Shown here one piece after another: positions 6,457 through 18,730 of a stretch of 32,000 nt of DNA. The stretch comes from Candidatus Jordarchaeales archaeon. Lineage in GTDB: Archaea; Asgardarchaeota; Jordiarchaeia; Jordiarchaeales; Freyrarchaeaceae. A model generated the notes under the pieces. That model worked only from the letters and a program-made list of their open reading frames with translations. It had not been told where the DNA came from and did no database searches. Position 1 is the stretch's first letter; each line of letters opens with the position of its first letter. The DNA lies in the NCBI GenBank assembly GCA_038889235.1, contig JAWAHN010000001.1, forward strand, positions 884,499 to 916,498. The letters are read 5' to 3'. A program made the translations under genes and the position numbers.

Positions 6457-9341
6457 CTTTTGCCGGCGTGACGAATATACTTTAAGTATTTTTCAACGAA
6501 TTCTGGTTTTAAGTAAAAGAGTATTGTTAGAATTATTGTGGTCAGTAGCAGCATAGTGGATAATTGAGTGCATGATTGGTTAAGCTCGTAATGTCTTAGT
6601 ATGGCTTGCAAGATAGGAGGCGATAAAGCATAAATGTTCACTCCTTCGGGGGGAACAACTTCTAGGAGTAGTGAAAAGGTTACGTTTTCTCCATAATCAT
6701 CTGTGGCTTTTATCGTTATGTTTAGTACACCGGTGTAAGTAGGTGTGATGTAAGCCACGTAAACGTTCTCTTCTTCACTTTTTTGCGGCTCAAGAAGCGT
6801 TGTCCCATTTACTATAATACTGATGTCACCAGAGAAGTTTTTCGGGCTTGAAGGTGGGGAATATCCAACCCACACTTTTATGGTATGTGTTTTTCCTAGG
6901 GTCAGTTTTTCATTCGGTTGAATAATGGCTGCAGTTAGCTTATAAACGCGGAAAATGTAAGTAGTCTCGCCGGTGGGACTGAAACGTCTCTCATGGTGAA
7001 TTGTACCATCATAACTAACTATTCTCAAAATGTATTTTCCAGCATCGGTGGGCGTGAAGTTAAAAGTGAAAGTAAAGTTACCTGAGGGAGCCGCTTGAAA
7101 GTCTCTCTTTGAGCCGTTAGGCAACACTATTGTAGCGATAACTGTTTCAGGGTTATCTAAGAAGTTTCCTACTACTATAGCTAGTTCCCTTCCAACGTGA
7201 CTGAAGTCGTGCGTTACACTTAGCTCGGGAAGAAGCGATATTTCTAGATCAAGTTTGCTTCCGTCTGCAAGCAATGGAATGTTTTCGCCTTTTAGTACGA
7301 GTAGGCTGCGAGTTGTTTCGTTTAATGAGAAGTCAAGCCAATCTTCACTTGGAGAAGAATTCAAGACTACATTCTTGACGGCGTATTTTGCAGGGTAGTC
7401 GAGCTTTATGAAGCTTTGTTCAGGAAATATGGTGCTTCCATTGTGAGTGTAGTTATACAAAATTTTTGATGTATCAAACAAAGCGACGTCCTTTAGGGAT
7501 AACTTTGCAAAAGCAAATACGATGAGGCTTTTTTCAACCCAGCCCGATGTATCTTTGAGTTCAACCAGGAATGATACCTCCCCTTCAGACTTATCGTAAC
7601 TTATCTCGTCAGTAGTGAAAGATTTCGTGTAGCCGTTTCCAATCATTGAAGTTAGCTTTGTACCGTTCAAATAAAGCGTGTAACCGCTGAGATTTCCAGT
7701 GTAGTTCACGTAATGAACAATGTATGACACACTGTAGTTTAGCTGTGTGATGGCAGTTACAGAGATAGTTACACTACCATTCACTGGAGCTAACCACAAG
7801 CTGCTGTTCCAGGATAGGTCGTTGCGGACTGGTGTGCCATTAACGAGAAGGAGGAGGTCGTTGAGAGCACGCCAGCTTGTGTAGTCTGGGGCAATTTTCA
7901 TGCAATGCCAGTACCGGTTTCCATATGGGTCTCTTGCATCTAATACCCAACTAGCCCCTCCATCGGTAGTCCAAATCTCGTACCCAAATTCGGGAACTCC
8001 CTCATTAGTTCCCTCCATGTGGCTTCCCCAATCATAGTAGCCGCCGTTAGTTGAGGGAAGCCAGTCTTTCACGTGGAGCACGAGGAAGTATGCACCAGCG
8101 GATAAACTTGAGGTGAAGTTTAACGTCACCCAGGAATAGTTGGAAGATATGAGTGACGGAGGAACATCTATGCTTTCTATGATGGTGCCGGGAACCCAGC
8201 GGTTACCGTCGAGAGTAGCATTACGTAGCTCCGCGGTTAAGTTAACGTTCATTCCAAAGTTAGCTAACGGAACGGAAATGCTAATCCGGTTTACGGCTTT
8301 TCGGAGCAGGAACATTTGCGCCTCTCCCATACTCCCATTTATGCGAGCATAACCTCCGCTATTCATGCGATCTTCTAGAGTAGTCCACACTAACCCCGGT
8401 TTTATGTTTGAGAGGGAAAAAGATGCAGAGTAAACTCTATTACCGGGAACATCGACGGAAAAACTTCCGTTCAGCATGTCAAGTATTCCGCTAGCGCTTC
8501 CCAGGGTGACGCCTTCACATATATCCAAGCATAGATAGTCTAAATCCCAGCCGGGAGGCAAGTTAAACTTGAATCCATCGTAGACCATTAGACTGATATT
8601 CATCCAGCAATCATAATTAACAAGCTCCCATTTGGAAACATCGTTAAGATCGTCAAAGGACATAAAGTTATTCACGAACGCAAACCCTGCGTCGCCATAG
8701 CTGTCTGCCGTAACATTCCAGCCGAAGTGCGTTTCACTAGTTGTGTTTGCATAAACGACAATGAAGAAGATGCCGTCGCATGTATCGGAAACATTTAAAG
8801 TAACAGGAGACTCGTTCAGGAAGGTTACCCATCCAGGCGAGGATGGAACCATAGTGCTCGAGTAAGACTTCTCAATCAAAGTTACGTTCGGCACAGGTAA
8901 GCCGTCTCTGAGCGTAGCATTCCTTAATTGAACGACAAGGCCAACGGCTTCGCCTTCTCCATCTCTCCACAAATAAAGAGAGACTCCAGTAAAGTTTACT
9001 TTTAAACCACCCACACTTGATATGTTAAAGGACATGGCTACAGATTGGTTTGACGATGCAGAACAATTCACCGACAAATATTCGTTTCCATAAAGATTTT
9101 CTTCAAGCATCAATGTTACTGGCTTGCTCGTGCTAAACGACGAAAAGTTTATCCAATAAGCGGAAAGCGTTACCTCAGCACTAACAGGAGATTTTCCTAT
9201 CAATGTGGGAGCCACTAGGCGAGTATTATCGCTCTGTAAATTAGGGAACAAAGGAAACACCGAAACGGATAACAGAACTTGAATCATGAAAAGTGAAACA
9301 AGTAAGGTCAACGTTGCAGCAACAACCTTCTTGGCCTTCAA
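6453..9341 (-). CDS. Large secreted/surface glycoprotein with duplicated beta-sandwich modules and a C-terminal TM anchor
   Basis: N-terminal signal/TM (KKVVAATLTLLVSLF), many N-x-S/T sequons, two LRNATL...VP...WVT..F modules, C-terminal TM followed by a basic tail. Confidence 0.8.
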   Translation of the reverse strand: MKAKKVVAATLTLLVSLFMIQVLLSVSVFPLFPNLQSDNTRLVAPTLIGKSPVSAEVTLSAYWINFSSFSTSKPVTLMLEENLYGNEYLSVNCSASSNQSVAMSFNISSVGGLKVNFTGVSLYLWRDGEGEAVGLVVQLRNATLRDGLPVPNVTLIEKSYSSTMVPSSPGWVTFLNESPVTLNVSDTCDGIFFIVVYANTTSETHFGWNVTADSYGDAGFAFVNNFMSFDDLNDVSKWELVNYDCWMNISLMVYDGFKFNLPPGWDLDYLCLDICEGVTLGSASGILDMLNGSFSVDVPGNRVYSASFSLSNIKPGLVWTTLEDRMNSGGYARINGSMGEAQMFLLRKAVNRISISVPLANFGMNVNLTAELRNATLDGNRWVPGTIIESIDVPPSLISSNYSWVTLNFTSSLSAGAYFLVLHVKDWLPSTNGGYYDWGSHMEGTNEGVPEFGYEIWTTDGGASWVLDARDPYGNRYWHCMKIAPDYTSWRALNDLLLLVNGTPVRNDLSWNSSLWLAPVNGSVTISVTAITQLNYSVSYIVHYVNYTGNLSGYTLYLNGTKLTSMIGNGYTKSFTTDEISYDKSEGEVSFLVELKDTSGWVEKSLIVFAFAKLSLKDVALFDTSKILYNYTHNGSTIFPEQSFIKLDYPAKYAVKNVVLNSSPSEDWLDFSLNETTRSLLVLKGENIPLLADGSKLDLEISLLPELSVTHDFSHVGRELAIVVGNFLDNPETVIATIVLPNGSKRDFQAAPSGNFTFTFNFTPTDAGKYILRIVSYDGTIHHERRFSPTGETTYIFRVYKLTAAIIQPNEKLTLGKTHTIKVWVGYSPPSSPKNFSGDISIIVNGTTLLEPQKSEEENVYVAYITPTYTGVLNITIKATDDYGENVTFSLLLEVVPPEGVNIYALSPPILQAILRHYELNQSCTQLSTMLLLTTIILTILFYLKPEFVEKYLKYIRHAGKS

Positions 9342-9503
9342 ACAGAGGGGCCCCCGCCAGAGAGATTTCTAGATTATGGGAGATGTTCACTCTATAAAAT
9401 GTTTATCCATTAACCCTTTCTGATGGCAGCTTCCCCAAACCCGTTAAAACGCGGATGGCGCTAAAAGTACAAGCAATAAAAGTAAAAATACTCCTTAAAT
9501 AAA

Positions 9504-9546
9504 CCCGAAAAAAATATATTCCCTCGCTATCCGAAACCTTTATTTG
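9504..9546 (+). promoter_or_regulatory. Dedicated (possibly tandem) promoter(s) of the 23S rRNA gene
   Basis: CCGAAAC-CTTTATTT (9531-9545) and upstream CCCGAAAAAAATATATT (9504-9520). Confidence 0.6.
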
Positions 9547-9647
9547 GAGGTTTTACACCTCCCTTATTTGCCTTGCTCAAAATGCAACCCAAGATGGCTT
9601 CACCGTCTTGGGTGAAGGGCGTAGTGAGGTAAAACCTCACGATGACT

Positions 9648-9688
9648 GCCGTGCACAGGACGCACACGCCAACCGGAAGCCCCAATTA

Positions 9689-9699
<11 letters not shown>
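9648..9699 (+). other. 5' strand of the 23S pre-rRNA processing stem with BHB
   Basis: Pairs with 12763-12814. Central helix CGCC(9667-70)/GGCG(12788-91), with 3-nt bulges AAC (9671-73) and AAU (12792-94). Confidence 0.88.
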
Positions 9700-12762
<3,063 letters not shown>

Positions 12763-12773
<11 letters not shown>

Positions 12774-12814
12774 GAAAGGGGCTTCTGGGCGAATTGTTGC
12801 GTCCTGTGTACGGC
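12763..12814 (+). other. 3' strand of the 23S pre-rRNA processing stem, followed by T-rich terminator sequence
   Basis: Complementary to 9648-9699. Followed by TTTCTTTG...TTTTTG tracts. Confidence 0.85.
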
Positions 12815-12861
12815 TTTCTTTGAATTGTTTGGGTTTTTGTGTTGTTTTTGTTTGTGTTTTT

Positions 12862-13551
12862 TTATTTTGTTTGGCTTGTTAGCCAGGTTATCGTGTTTAG
12901 GATTGTTTGTATTTGTAGTGCTTGTGTGAGTGTTGATGTTATGTAGTATGCGGTTGTGAAGAGGGTTAGTGCGGTTAGTGGTGTTTTTGTCGGGTTTAGG
13001 GTTGTTGCGCGGGCTATGAGATACGTGGTTGCGGTTAGGGTTGCTGCGAGTATTATTGGGGTTGTCCAGGTTTGTTCTGGTGTGAGGGGGGTTAGTGTTG
13101 TTTTTAGTTGTGGGATGAGTGCTGATAGTGTTCCTTGGGCGATAGCTGAGGTTAGGATTATTGTTTTTAGTTTTATTTCTTGTGCTTTTAGTTGTCGTTT
13201 TCTTTCTTCTAGTAGTTTTAGGTCTTCTGTGAGTATTGATATTATTTCTTCTAGTGTTTTTCCGGCTTTTGTCGCGTTTTTCTGTAGTGTTGTGGATGTT
13301 ACTTGTATGGCTGCTCGTAGCCTTGGGTTTCTTGTTTTTTGAGAGAGTTGTTTTAGTAGTTTTGGTGGGGGGGTGGATTGGAGGGCGAGTTTTTTCTCGA
13401 TTTTCGCGAGGAGTGGTTTTAGGGTTCCGGTGTGGTTTTCTATTGCTTTTTTGAGTGATAGTTCTGGGCTTAGGCCGGATTTTAGCCCTGCGCTTAGCTT
13501 TGAGAGTAGCAGTATTGCTTCTTTTAACTCGTGTATTCTTTCTTCGAGCAT
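12862..13551 (-). CDS. Type II secretion system F-domain (TadB/TadC/PilC-like) membrane protein, short form
   Basis: L..LSAGLKSGLSPELSL...helical T2SSF-like core followed by TM segments. AGGAGG SD. Strongly Thr/Leu/Lys-biased. Confidence 0.6.
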   Translation of the reverse strand: MLEERIHELKEAILLLSKLSAGLKSGLSPELSLKKAIENHTGTLKPLLAKIEKKLALQSTPPPKLLKQLSQKTRNPRLRAAIQVTSTTLQKNATKAGKTLEEIISILTEDLKLLEERKRQLKAQEIKLKTIILTSAIAQGTLSALIPQLKTTLTPLTPEQTWTTPIILAATLTATTYLIARATTLNPTKTPLTALTLFTTAYYITSTLTQALQIQTILNTITWLTSQTK

Positions 13552-13574
13552 TTTTCTTAGGTGTCCTCCTTTTG

Positions 13575-13847
13575 CTAGGTTTTCCAGGAGTCTACTAGTT
13601 GTTTGAAGGCGGCAGCCTTTGCGTTCTCGGACTTTATCCTGAATATTCTCACTCTGCCGAACCGCTTCTCCTGCACTAGTCCAGCGTTTCGTAGCACTTT
13701 GAGGTGGTTGCTAGTGGCCTTGTGGTTTAACCCTGCTCTCCTAGCTATCTCGGATATGTTGAGTTCTTCTGCTTCCGCGAGTATGCGAAGAACCCTCACT
13801 CTTCCTCTAGACGAGAGCACTTCTTCTATTGTGTACTCTTTAGCCAA
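13575..13847 (-). CDS. ArsR-family winged-helix transcriptional regulator
   Basis: SSRGRVRVLRIL...ELNISEIARRAGLNHKATSNHLKVL...GLVQEKRFGRVRIFRI. TTG start with GAGGTG SD (alternative GTG at 13856). Confidence 0.85.
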   Translation of the reverse strand: MAKEYTIEEVLSSRGRVRVLRILAEAEELNISEIARRAGLNHKATSNHLKVLRNAGLVQEKRFGRVRIFRIKSENAKAAAFKQLVDSWKT

Positions 13848-13871
13848 AGAGTGCACACCTCGCTTGGGGGT

Positions 13872-14924
13872 TTAGGGTTCTGCTGTTAACGCGATTCTTT
13901 TCCTCCCGCTTGCGGTCGTTTTTATGCTTATGACGCCTTGTTTGCTCAGCTTTCTTACGTAGCGCCAAAGCTGCGTGTAGCTTATGCTGTTCGGTTTAAG
14001 TGCTTCGTTGCAGGCTTCAAGCAGCTCCCTCATCGAGGCGGCACGTCTGGTTTGTAAGAAGAGTTTAACTGTTCTAAGCGCTACTATGCGCTTGTTTTTG
14101 GCTGAAATTGTGGAGAAGTTGCTTCCTGCAAGAGCTCTTTTAACGTGCCTTGGGAGTATTCGAGTTGACAGGTCTGCTTCGGCATGACTGGCAGCGCTGA
14201 GCATTATGAGGAGGGCGCACTTTAACCCTTTAACCAACGCCAGTTCCGCCAGCATTCTAAGGGAAGACTTGCTGACGCGCACTCGGAGCACTTTCTCGGA
14301 CGCGTTCTCCAGCACAGACATTAGCTGCGCGTAAGAGTACTTCTCTAGTTTAGTGATGGCGCACTTCAGGGGGTTAACTGAGCGCAGCCCACTCAGGGGT
14401 GACTCGTTCTTCAGCGTTAAAAGCAAGTATATTCCTTGCTTCTCCCTCAGAGCGCTTTCTGCTTCTGAAAGCATCGCGAGCAGCTTCTCACCGTTCTTTG
14501 AAGGAAGCCACAGGTCTGAGTCGTCGAGCACGATTAGGGCGCTCCTTCCGTCGAGTGCTTCTAGGAGTATGTCGACGAGTTCAGTGAGCGAAAGACCCCT
14601 TCCAGGTATGGAGGGCAGGAGGGAACGTATGACGCGAACAGCTACGCGGTACGCGCTAGTTTCCATTTTGCAGTTGACGTAGAGTTTTAAAACTTGGCTG
14701 TTTACAGCGTCGAGAAGGAACCTGGAAATCAGAGTTTTACCCGAGTCATTATCCCCCACAAGAACCCTACAAAAGAAGCCTCCATTGGCGAGTATGAAGT
14801 TCATTTCGGAGAACAATTCGTGAAGAACACTACTTCTACACTTTAATACTTCTGGGGTGATGCGGGCTATCATGTCTTCAATATCCCTAGCCTGAACTCC
14901 CTGAATGGAGTAAAACTCCACCAT
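13872..14924 (-). CDS. Divergent Cdc6/Orc1-like AAA+ ATPase with C-terminal winged helix
   Basis: Walker A GDNDSGKT, YVNC motif, Walker B LIVLDDSD, YSYAQL, wHTH SYTQLWRYVRKLSKQGVI. Confidence 0.8.
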   Translation of the reverse strand: MVEFYSIQGVQARDIEDMIARITPEVLKCRSSVLHELFSEMNFILANGGFFCRVLVGDNDSGKTLISRFLLDAVNSQVLKLYVNCKMETSAYRVAVRVIRSLLPSIPGRGLSLTELVDILLEALDGRSALIVLDDSDLWLPSKNGEKLLAMLSEAESALREKQGIYLLLTLKNESPLSGLRSVNPLKCAITKLEKYSYAQLMSVLENASEKVLRVRVSKSSLRMLAELALVKGLKCALLIMLSAASHAEADLSTRILPRHVKRALAGSNFSTISAKNKRIVALRTVKLFLQTRRAASMRELLEACNEALKPNSISYTQLWRYVRKLSKQGVISIKTTASGRKRIALTAEP

Positions 14925-14987
14925 TTTAAGGGAACCTCCTATAGGAGGGAGGGGGTACGTTGCGTTAAATAAGCTTGAGCAACTAAC

Positions 14988-15013
14988 GTTTCCAGTATTT
15001 CCAATGAAACCCC
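14988..15013. promoter_or_regulatory. Possible mini-ORB-like Cdc6 binding site(s) upstream of the cdc6-like gene
   Basis: The minus strand reads GGGGTTTCATTGGAAATACTGGAAAC, resembling the ORB core GTTCCAGTGGAAAC. One full site plus one half site. Confidence 0.3.
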
Positions 15014-15121
15014 TAACTTAAACTTGGACTAGAAGGGGGGCGTTTCGCGTTGCTTGTAAAAGAAGGGAAGCACAAGAACGGCTACCCAACCAATCTAGCT
15101 AATTTTTAAACATTAGTTATC

Positions 15122-15149
15122 TTTATGTTCTCATATTTATGTTCTCATA
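15122..15149 (+). repeat. Perfect 14-bp tandem direct repeat (TTTATGTTCTCATA x2) in the his operon promoter/leader
   Basis: Read directly from sequence. Lies between the TATA-like TTTTTAAAC (~15103-15111) and the GTG start at 15164. Confidence 0.9.
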
Positions 15150-15163
15150 AAGTCCTCCGGCAG

Positions 15164-16462
15164 GTGGATCCCTTGAAGTTCAAGGAGTTTAAGGACATAG
15201 AAGAGAGAGAGGCGAGGATTATTTTCGAAAGGAAAGCCAGTTTCATGGAAGCGATCAGGAAGGTGCAAAGGATAGTTGAAGAGGTGCGTAAAAAAGGTGA
15301 TGAAGCGCTGGTGAAGTACACAAAAAAGTTTGATGGAGTATTTATTCCTCCTTCAAGGATTAAAGTTACAAAAGAGGAAATTGATGAGGCATACAGCAAG
15401 ACAGGTGAGAAAGTGGTTAAAGCTATCAGGTTGGCAGCTGAGAACATAAGAGTTTTTCACGAAAAACAGATGGCTACTTTTACAGTTGAAAAAGTGCCCG
15501 GTGTAAAGCTAAGCCAGATAGTAAGACCTGTGAACAGCGCCGGAATATACGTCCCCGGGGGGCGCGCCGCTTATCCCTCTACCGCGTTAATGGCGGCAGT
15601 GCCAGCTAAAGTAGCGGGTGTTAAAAAGATAGTAGTATGCACCCCTCCAGACCGCAGCGGAGGCGTTAAGCCCGAAATTCTGGTCGCATGCAACGAGGCG
15701 GGAGTAGACGAAATTTTTAAAGTCGGCGGAGCGCAAGCGATAGCTGCGATGGCGTATGGAACGAAAACCATACCAAAAGTCGATGTACTCGTCGGGCCCG
15801 GGAACATTTACGTTACAGCAGCTAAGATTCTAGTAAGCAGAGAGGTTAGGGTAGACCTACCAGCGGGTCCCAGCGAAATTCTGGTACTAGCAGATGAAAG
15901 CTGCAACCCTCTCTTCGTCGCCGCAGACTTAGTGTCACAGGCGGAGCACGACCCCGCCGCGTCCGTAGTCTTAGTCACTACTTCAAGGAGAGTTGCCGAA
16001 GAAGTTGTGAAGCTGTCGTACGAGCTGGCTACGAAGCTGGACACGAAAGATGTCGTAGTCAGCGTCTTAGACAATGGATGGTGCATTCTAGTGGAGAACC
16101 TTGACGAAGCAGCAGAATTCGTTAATAGTTATGCTCCGGAACACTTGGAGATCCACGTAGAGAACCCCTGGTACGTTTTAGAGAAAGTCGAAAACGCTGG
16201 GGCAATCTTCATCGGAAGCTATACCCCCGTAGCTCTAGGTGACTACGTTGCAGGGTCAAACCACATTCTGCCAACTGGGGGCTACGCTAAAATCTTTTCA
16301 GGCCTTAGTGTGGAAAACTTCATCAAGAGAATTAGCGTCGTCGAATGCAACAAGGAGGGACTCAAGGCTCTCTCGGAAAGCGTTATGGTTCTAGCTGAGG
16401 TTGAAGGCATGCTTGCTCATGCACAAGCAGTTAAGGTGAGGCTTGAAAAAGATGAAGGTTAA
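15164..16462 (+). CDS. hisD: Histidinol dehydrogenase
   Basis: GIYVPGGRAAYPST, GGAQAIAAMAYG, VGPGNIYV, AGPSEIL, SQAEHD, APEHLEI, GDYVAGSNHILPT. Start uncertain (ORF track gives 15125). Confidence 0.97.
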   Translation: MDPLKFKEFKDIEEREARIIFERKASFMEAIRKVQRIVEEVRKKGDEALVKYTKKFDGVFIPPSRIKVTKEEIDEAYSKTGEKVVKAIRLAAENIRVFHEKQMATFTVEKVPGVKLSQIVRPVNSAGIYVPGGRAAYPSTALMAAVPAKVAGVKKIVVCTPPDRSGGVKPEILVACNEAGVDEIFKVGGAQAIAAMAYGTKTIPKVDVLVGPGNIYVTAAKILVSREVRVDLPAGPSEILVLADESCNPLFVAADLVSQAEHDPAASVVLVTTSRRVAEEVVKLSYELATKLDTKDVVVSVLDNGWCILVENLDEAAEFVNSYAPEHLEIHVENPWYVLEKVENAGAIFIGSYTPVALGDYVAGSNHILPTGGYAKIFSGLSVENFIKRISVVECNKEGLKALSESVMVLAEVEGMLAHAQAVKVRLEKDEG

Positions 16463-17558
16463 AAGCGCTCTGGCAACTCTTGAGCCTTATCGTGGGGAAA
16501 TTTCCAGAAGAGAACTCGCCCGAAGACTTGGACTGAAAGAAGACGAGATCCTGCCGCTACACGCTAATGAAAACCTGTTCATAGAGAGAGAGTGGGTTAA
16601 AGAGAGAGTGCTAGAAGCACTAGAAATGGTGGACCCGCGGATGTACCCTGACCCGCAAAACATAGAAGTCCGTGAGGCGCTGGCCAAACACTACAAGGTG
16701 CGAGAAGAAGAAGTGGTTATAGGGAGTGGTGCAGACGAGCTCATAGACGGTATTTCCAGGTGTTTTATAGACAAAGGAGAACAGGTGGTTGTGCTTGAGC
16801 CGACGTTCCAAGTTTACAAGATCTCGGCAGTGCTTCACGGAGGGATTTGTAAAAGCATTCTCTTGAAAGAGGAGGACTTCTCAATAGATGTGCCGAAACT
16901 GCTAAGCGAACTTGACGAGAAAGTTAGAGTACTCTACATATGCTCCCCGAACAATCCAACCGGAAACCAGCATGAAAGAGAAGTGGTCAGAGAAGTAATT
17001 GAAAACGTAAATTGTCTGGTCGTTCTGGACGAGGCATACGTCGAGTTCGCAGACTACTCACTAAGTAACTTAATACGCGACTATGAAAACCTTATAGTAC
17101 TACGAACTTTTTCTAAAGCGTTCGGTATGGCTGGATTGAGGCTCGGCGTCGCCCTTTCAAACGAAGAAGTAGCGAATTTTCTGAGAAAAGGGCTGCAACC
17201 ATACAACGTAAATGTCATAGCCCAATATACGGCACTTACAATGCTAAAGCATTGGGATTATGTGGCCAGGAAGATTGAAGAAATTAAGGAACAACGGAAA
17301 ATACTCTGGGAGAAACTTTCAGAAATAGAAGGACTGAAAGTTTACCCTTCAAGGGCAAACTTTCTTCTCATAAGAATTATGAAGAAAAATGTGAGCGCAA
17401 AAAAGGTGCAGGAAGGCCTTATGATGAAGGGGATACTAGTACGGGAAAGAAGCGGGCTACCCCTACTAGATAACTGCCTCAGAATAACAGTTTGTCCAAG
17501 CCGTGGAGCGGAAAAACTTCTGTCAGCCTTAAAAGAGATGTTACAGGGAGAAGGATGA
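16452..17558 (+). CDS. hisC: Histidinol-phosphate aminotransferase
   Basis: LHANEN, CSPNNPTGN, LDEAYVEF, LRTFSKAFGMAGLRLG (PLP Lys). Confidence 0.95.
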   Translation: MKVKSALATLEPYRGEISRRELARRLGLKEDEILPLHANENLFIEREWVKERVLEALEMVDPRMYPDPQNIEVREALAKHYKVREEEVVIGSGADELIDGISRCFIDKGEQVVVLEPTFQVYKISAVLHGGICKSILLKEEDFSIDVPKLLSELDEKVRVLYICSPNNPTGNQHEREVVREVIENVNCLVVLDEAYVEFADYSLSNLIRDYENLIVLRTFSKAFGMAGLRLGVALSNEEVANFLRKGLQPYNVNVIAQYTALTMLKHWDYVARKIEEIKEQRKILWEKLSEIEGLKVYPSRANFLLIRIMKKNVSAKKVQEGLMMKGILVRERSGLPLLDNCLRITVCPSRGAEKLLSALKEMLQGEG

Positions 17559-18730
17559 AAGTGCACAATTATAAAGAGGTCAGATTAGGTAAGCATAGCA
17601 TATGGATAAGAGAGGGCGCTGAAAAGAGAATAGAGGAGATAGAGGGGCTAGTGTTTGATTGTGATGGTGTGATCCTAGATGTGTCACGGTCCTTCATGGA
17701 AGCAATAATTAGAACAGTCAAGTGGTTTTTTGGTTCAGTCATGGAGGTTAGACAGCCGGCTGTGAGCCTCAGGCACATTCAAATGTTTAAAAATACGGGG
17801 GCGTTCAATAACGACTGGGAGTTAACTTATGCTTTGATTCTATATTATCTCACAGACTTGCTTGTCAAGACCAGGAAAATTGAGGTCGAAAAAGTAGATA
17901 AGGTAAAGATCGCAGAAACCTATAATTTTTTCAAAGAATTAGGACGTGCACTGAAAGGGGCCGAAGTATTCTTTAGCGAGGGGTTAGAAGAGTACGTAGC
18001 GGAAATAGGCAGTGAGGGGCTAAGAAAAGGGATGAGGATCGCCGCGAGAAAACTATCTGAGGCGTGGGGAGTAGAAGACCATGAGGCCGCGAGAATTCTA
18101 GAGAAGCTCTCCCCATTCGAAGGGGAAATTCATGATAAAAACATAATCAAGAGGTTTTTCGAGGAAGTATACTGCGGTGGCAGGCTCTTCAAAGAAATAT
18201 ATGAAGAGCCAGCTTTGTTTTACAGTGGAAAAGGCCTCATAGAGAAAGAGAAGCCGATAGTTAAGCGCGCCACTCTCAGGAAAATTCTGAAGATGGGATT
18301 TCCACCTCCGGGCATAGCCTCGGGGAGAATGAGGAAACAGACAGTTCCACTGCTTGAAAAGTACCGCATTAAAGAGTATTTTAACCTGGAAGCTTCAACT
18401 TTCTTAGAAGAAATCGAGGAAAAAGAAAGGGAGATAAGCAAAAGTGGAAGACTTTTAAAGCTTGACAAGCCAAACCCATATCCACTTGTCGCTACAGCAT
18501 CTAAAATGGGAATAAAAAATTTCGCATATATTGGAGATACAGTCGCCGACGTGCTTGCCTGCATCAACGCGGAAACACAAACAGGACAGATTGTTATGAG
18601 CATTGGAGTTCTCTGCTCCGCTGAAAATAAAAGAGAACTACTTGCTAAATTTTTGGAGCTTGGATGCGATTTAATAATACCCACACCGAATGAGATACCT
18701 AAAGTGATAGAAGGAGCGTGTGGAAAGTGA
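17555..18730 (+). CDS. HAD-superfamily hydrolase, candidate histidinol-phosphate phosphatase
   Basis: Motif I VFDCDGVILD, KPNP and YIGDTVAD motifs. ATGA overlap with hisC and GTGA overlap with hisB. Confidence 0.8.
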   Translation: MKVHNYKEVRLGKHSIWIREGAEKRIEEIEGLVFDCDGVILDVSRSFMEAIIRTVKWFFGSVMEVRQPAVSLRHIQMFKNTGAFNNDWELTYALILYYLTDLLVKTRKIEVEKVDKVKIAETYNFFKELGRALKGAEVFFSEGLEEYVAEIGSEGLRKGMRIAARKLSEAWGVEDHEAARILEKLSPFEGEIHDKNIIKRFFEEVYCGGRLFKEIYEEPALFYSGKGLIEKEKPIVKRATLRKILKMGFPPPGIASGRMRKQTVPLLEKYRIKEYFNLEASTFLEEIEEKEREISKSGRLLKLDKPNPYPLVATASKMGIKNFAYIGDTVADVLACINAETQTGQIVMSIGVLCSAENKRELLAKFLELGCDLIIPTPNEIPKVIEGACGK

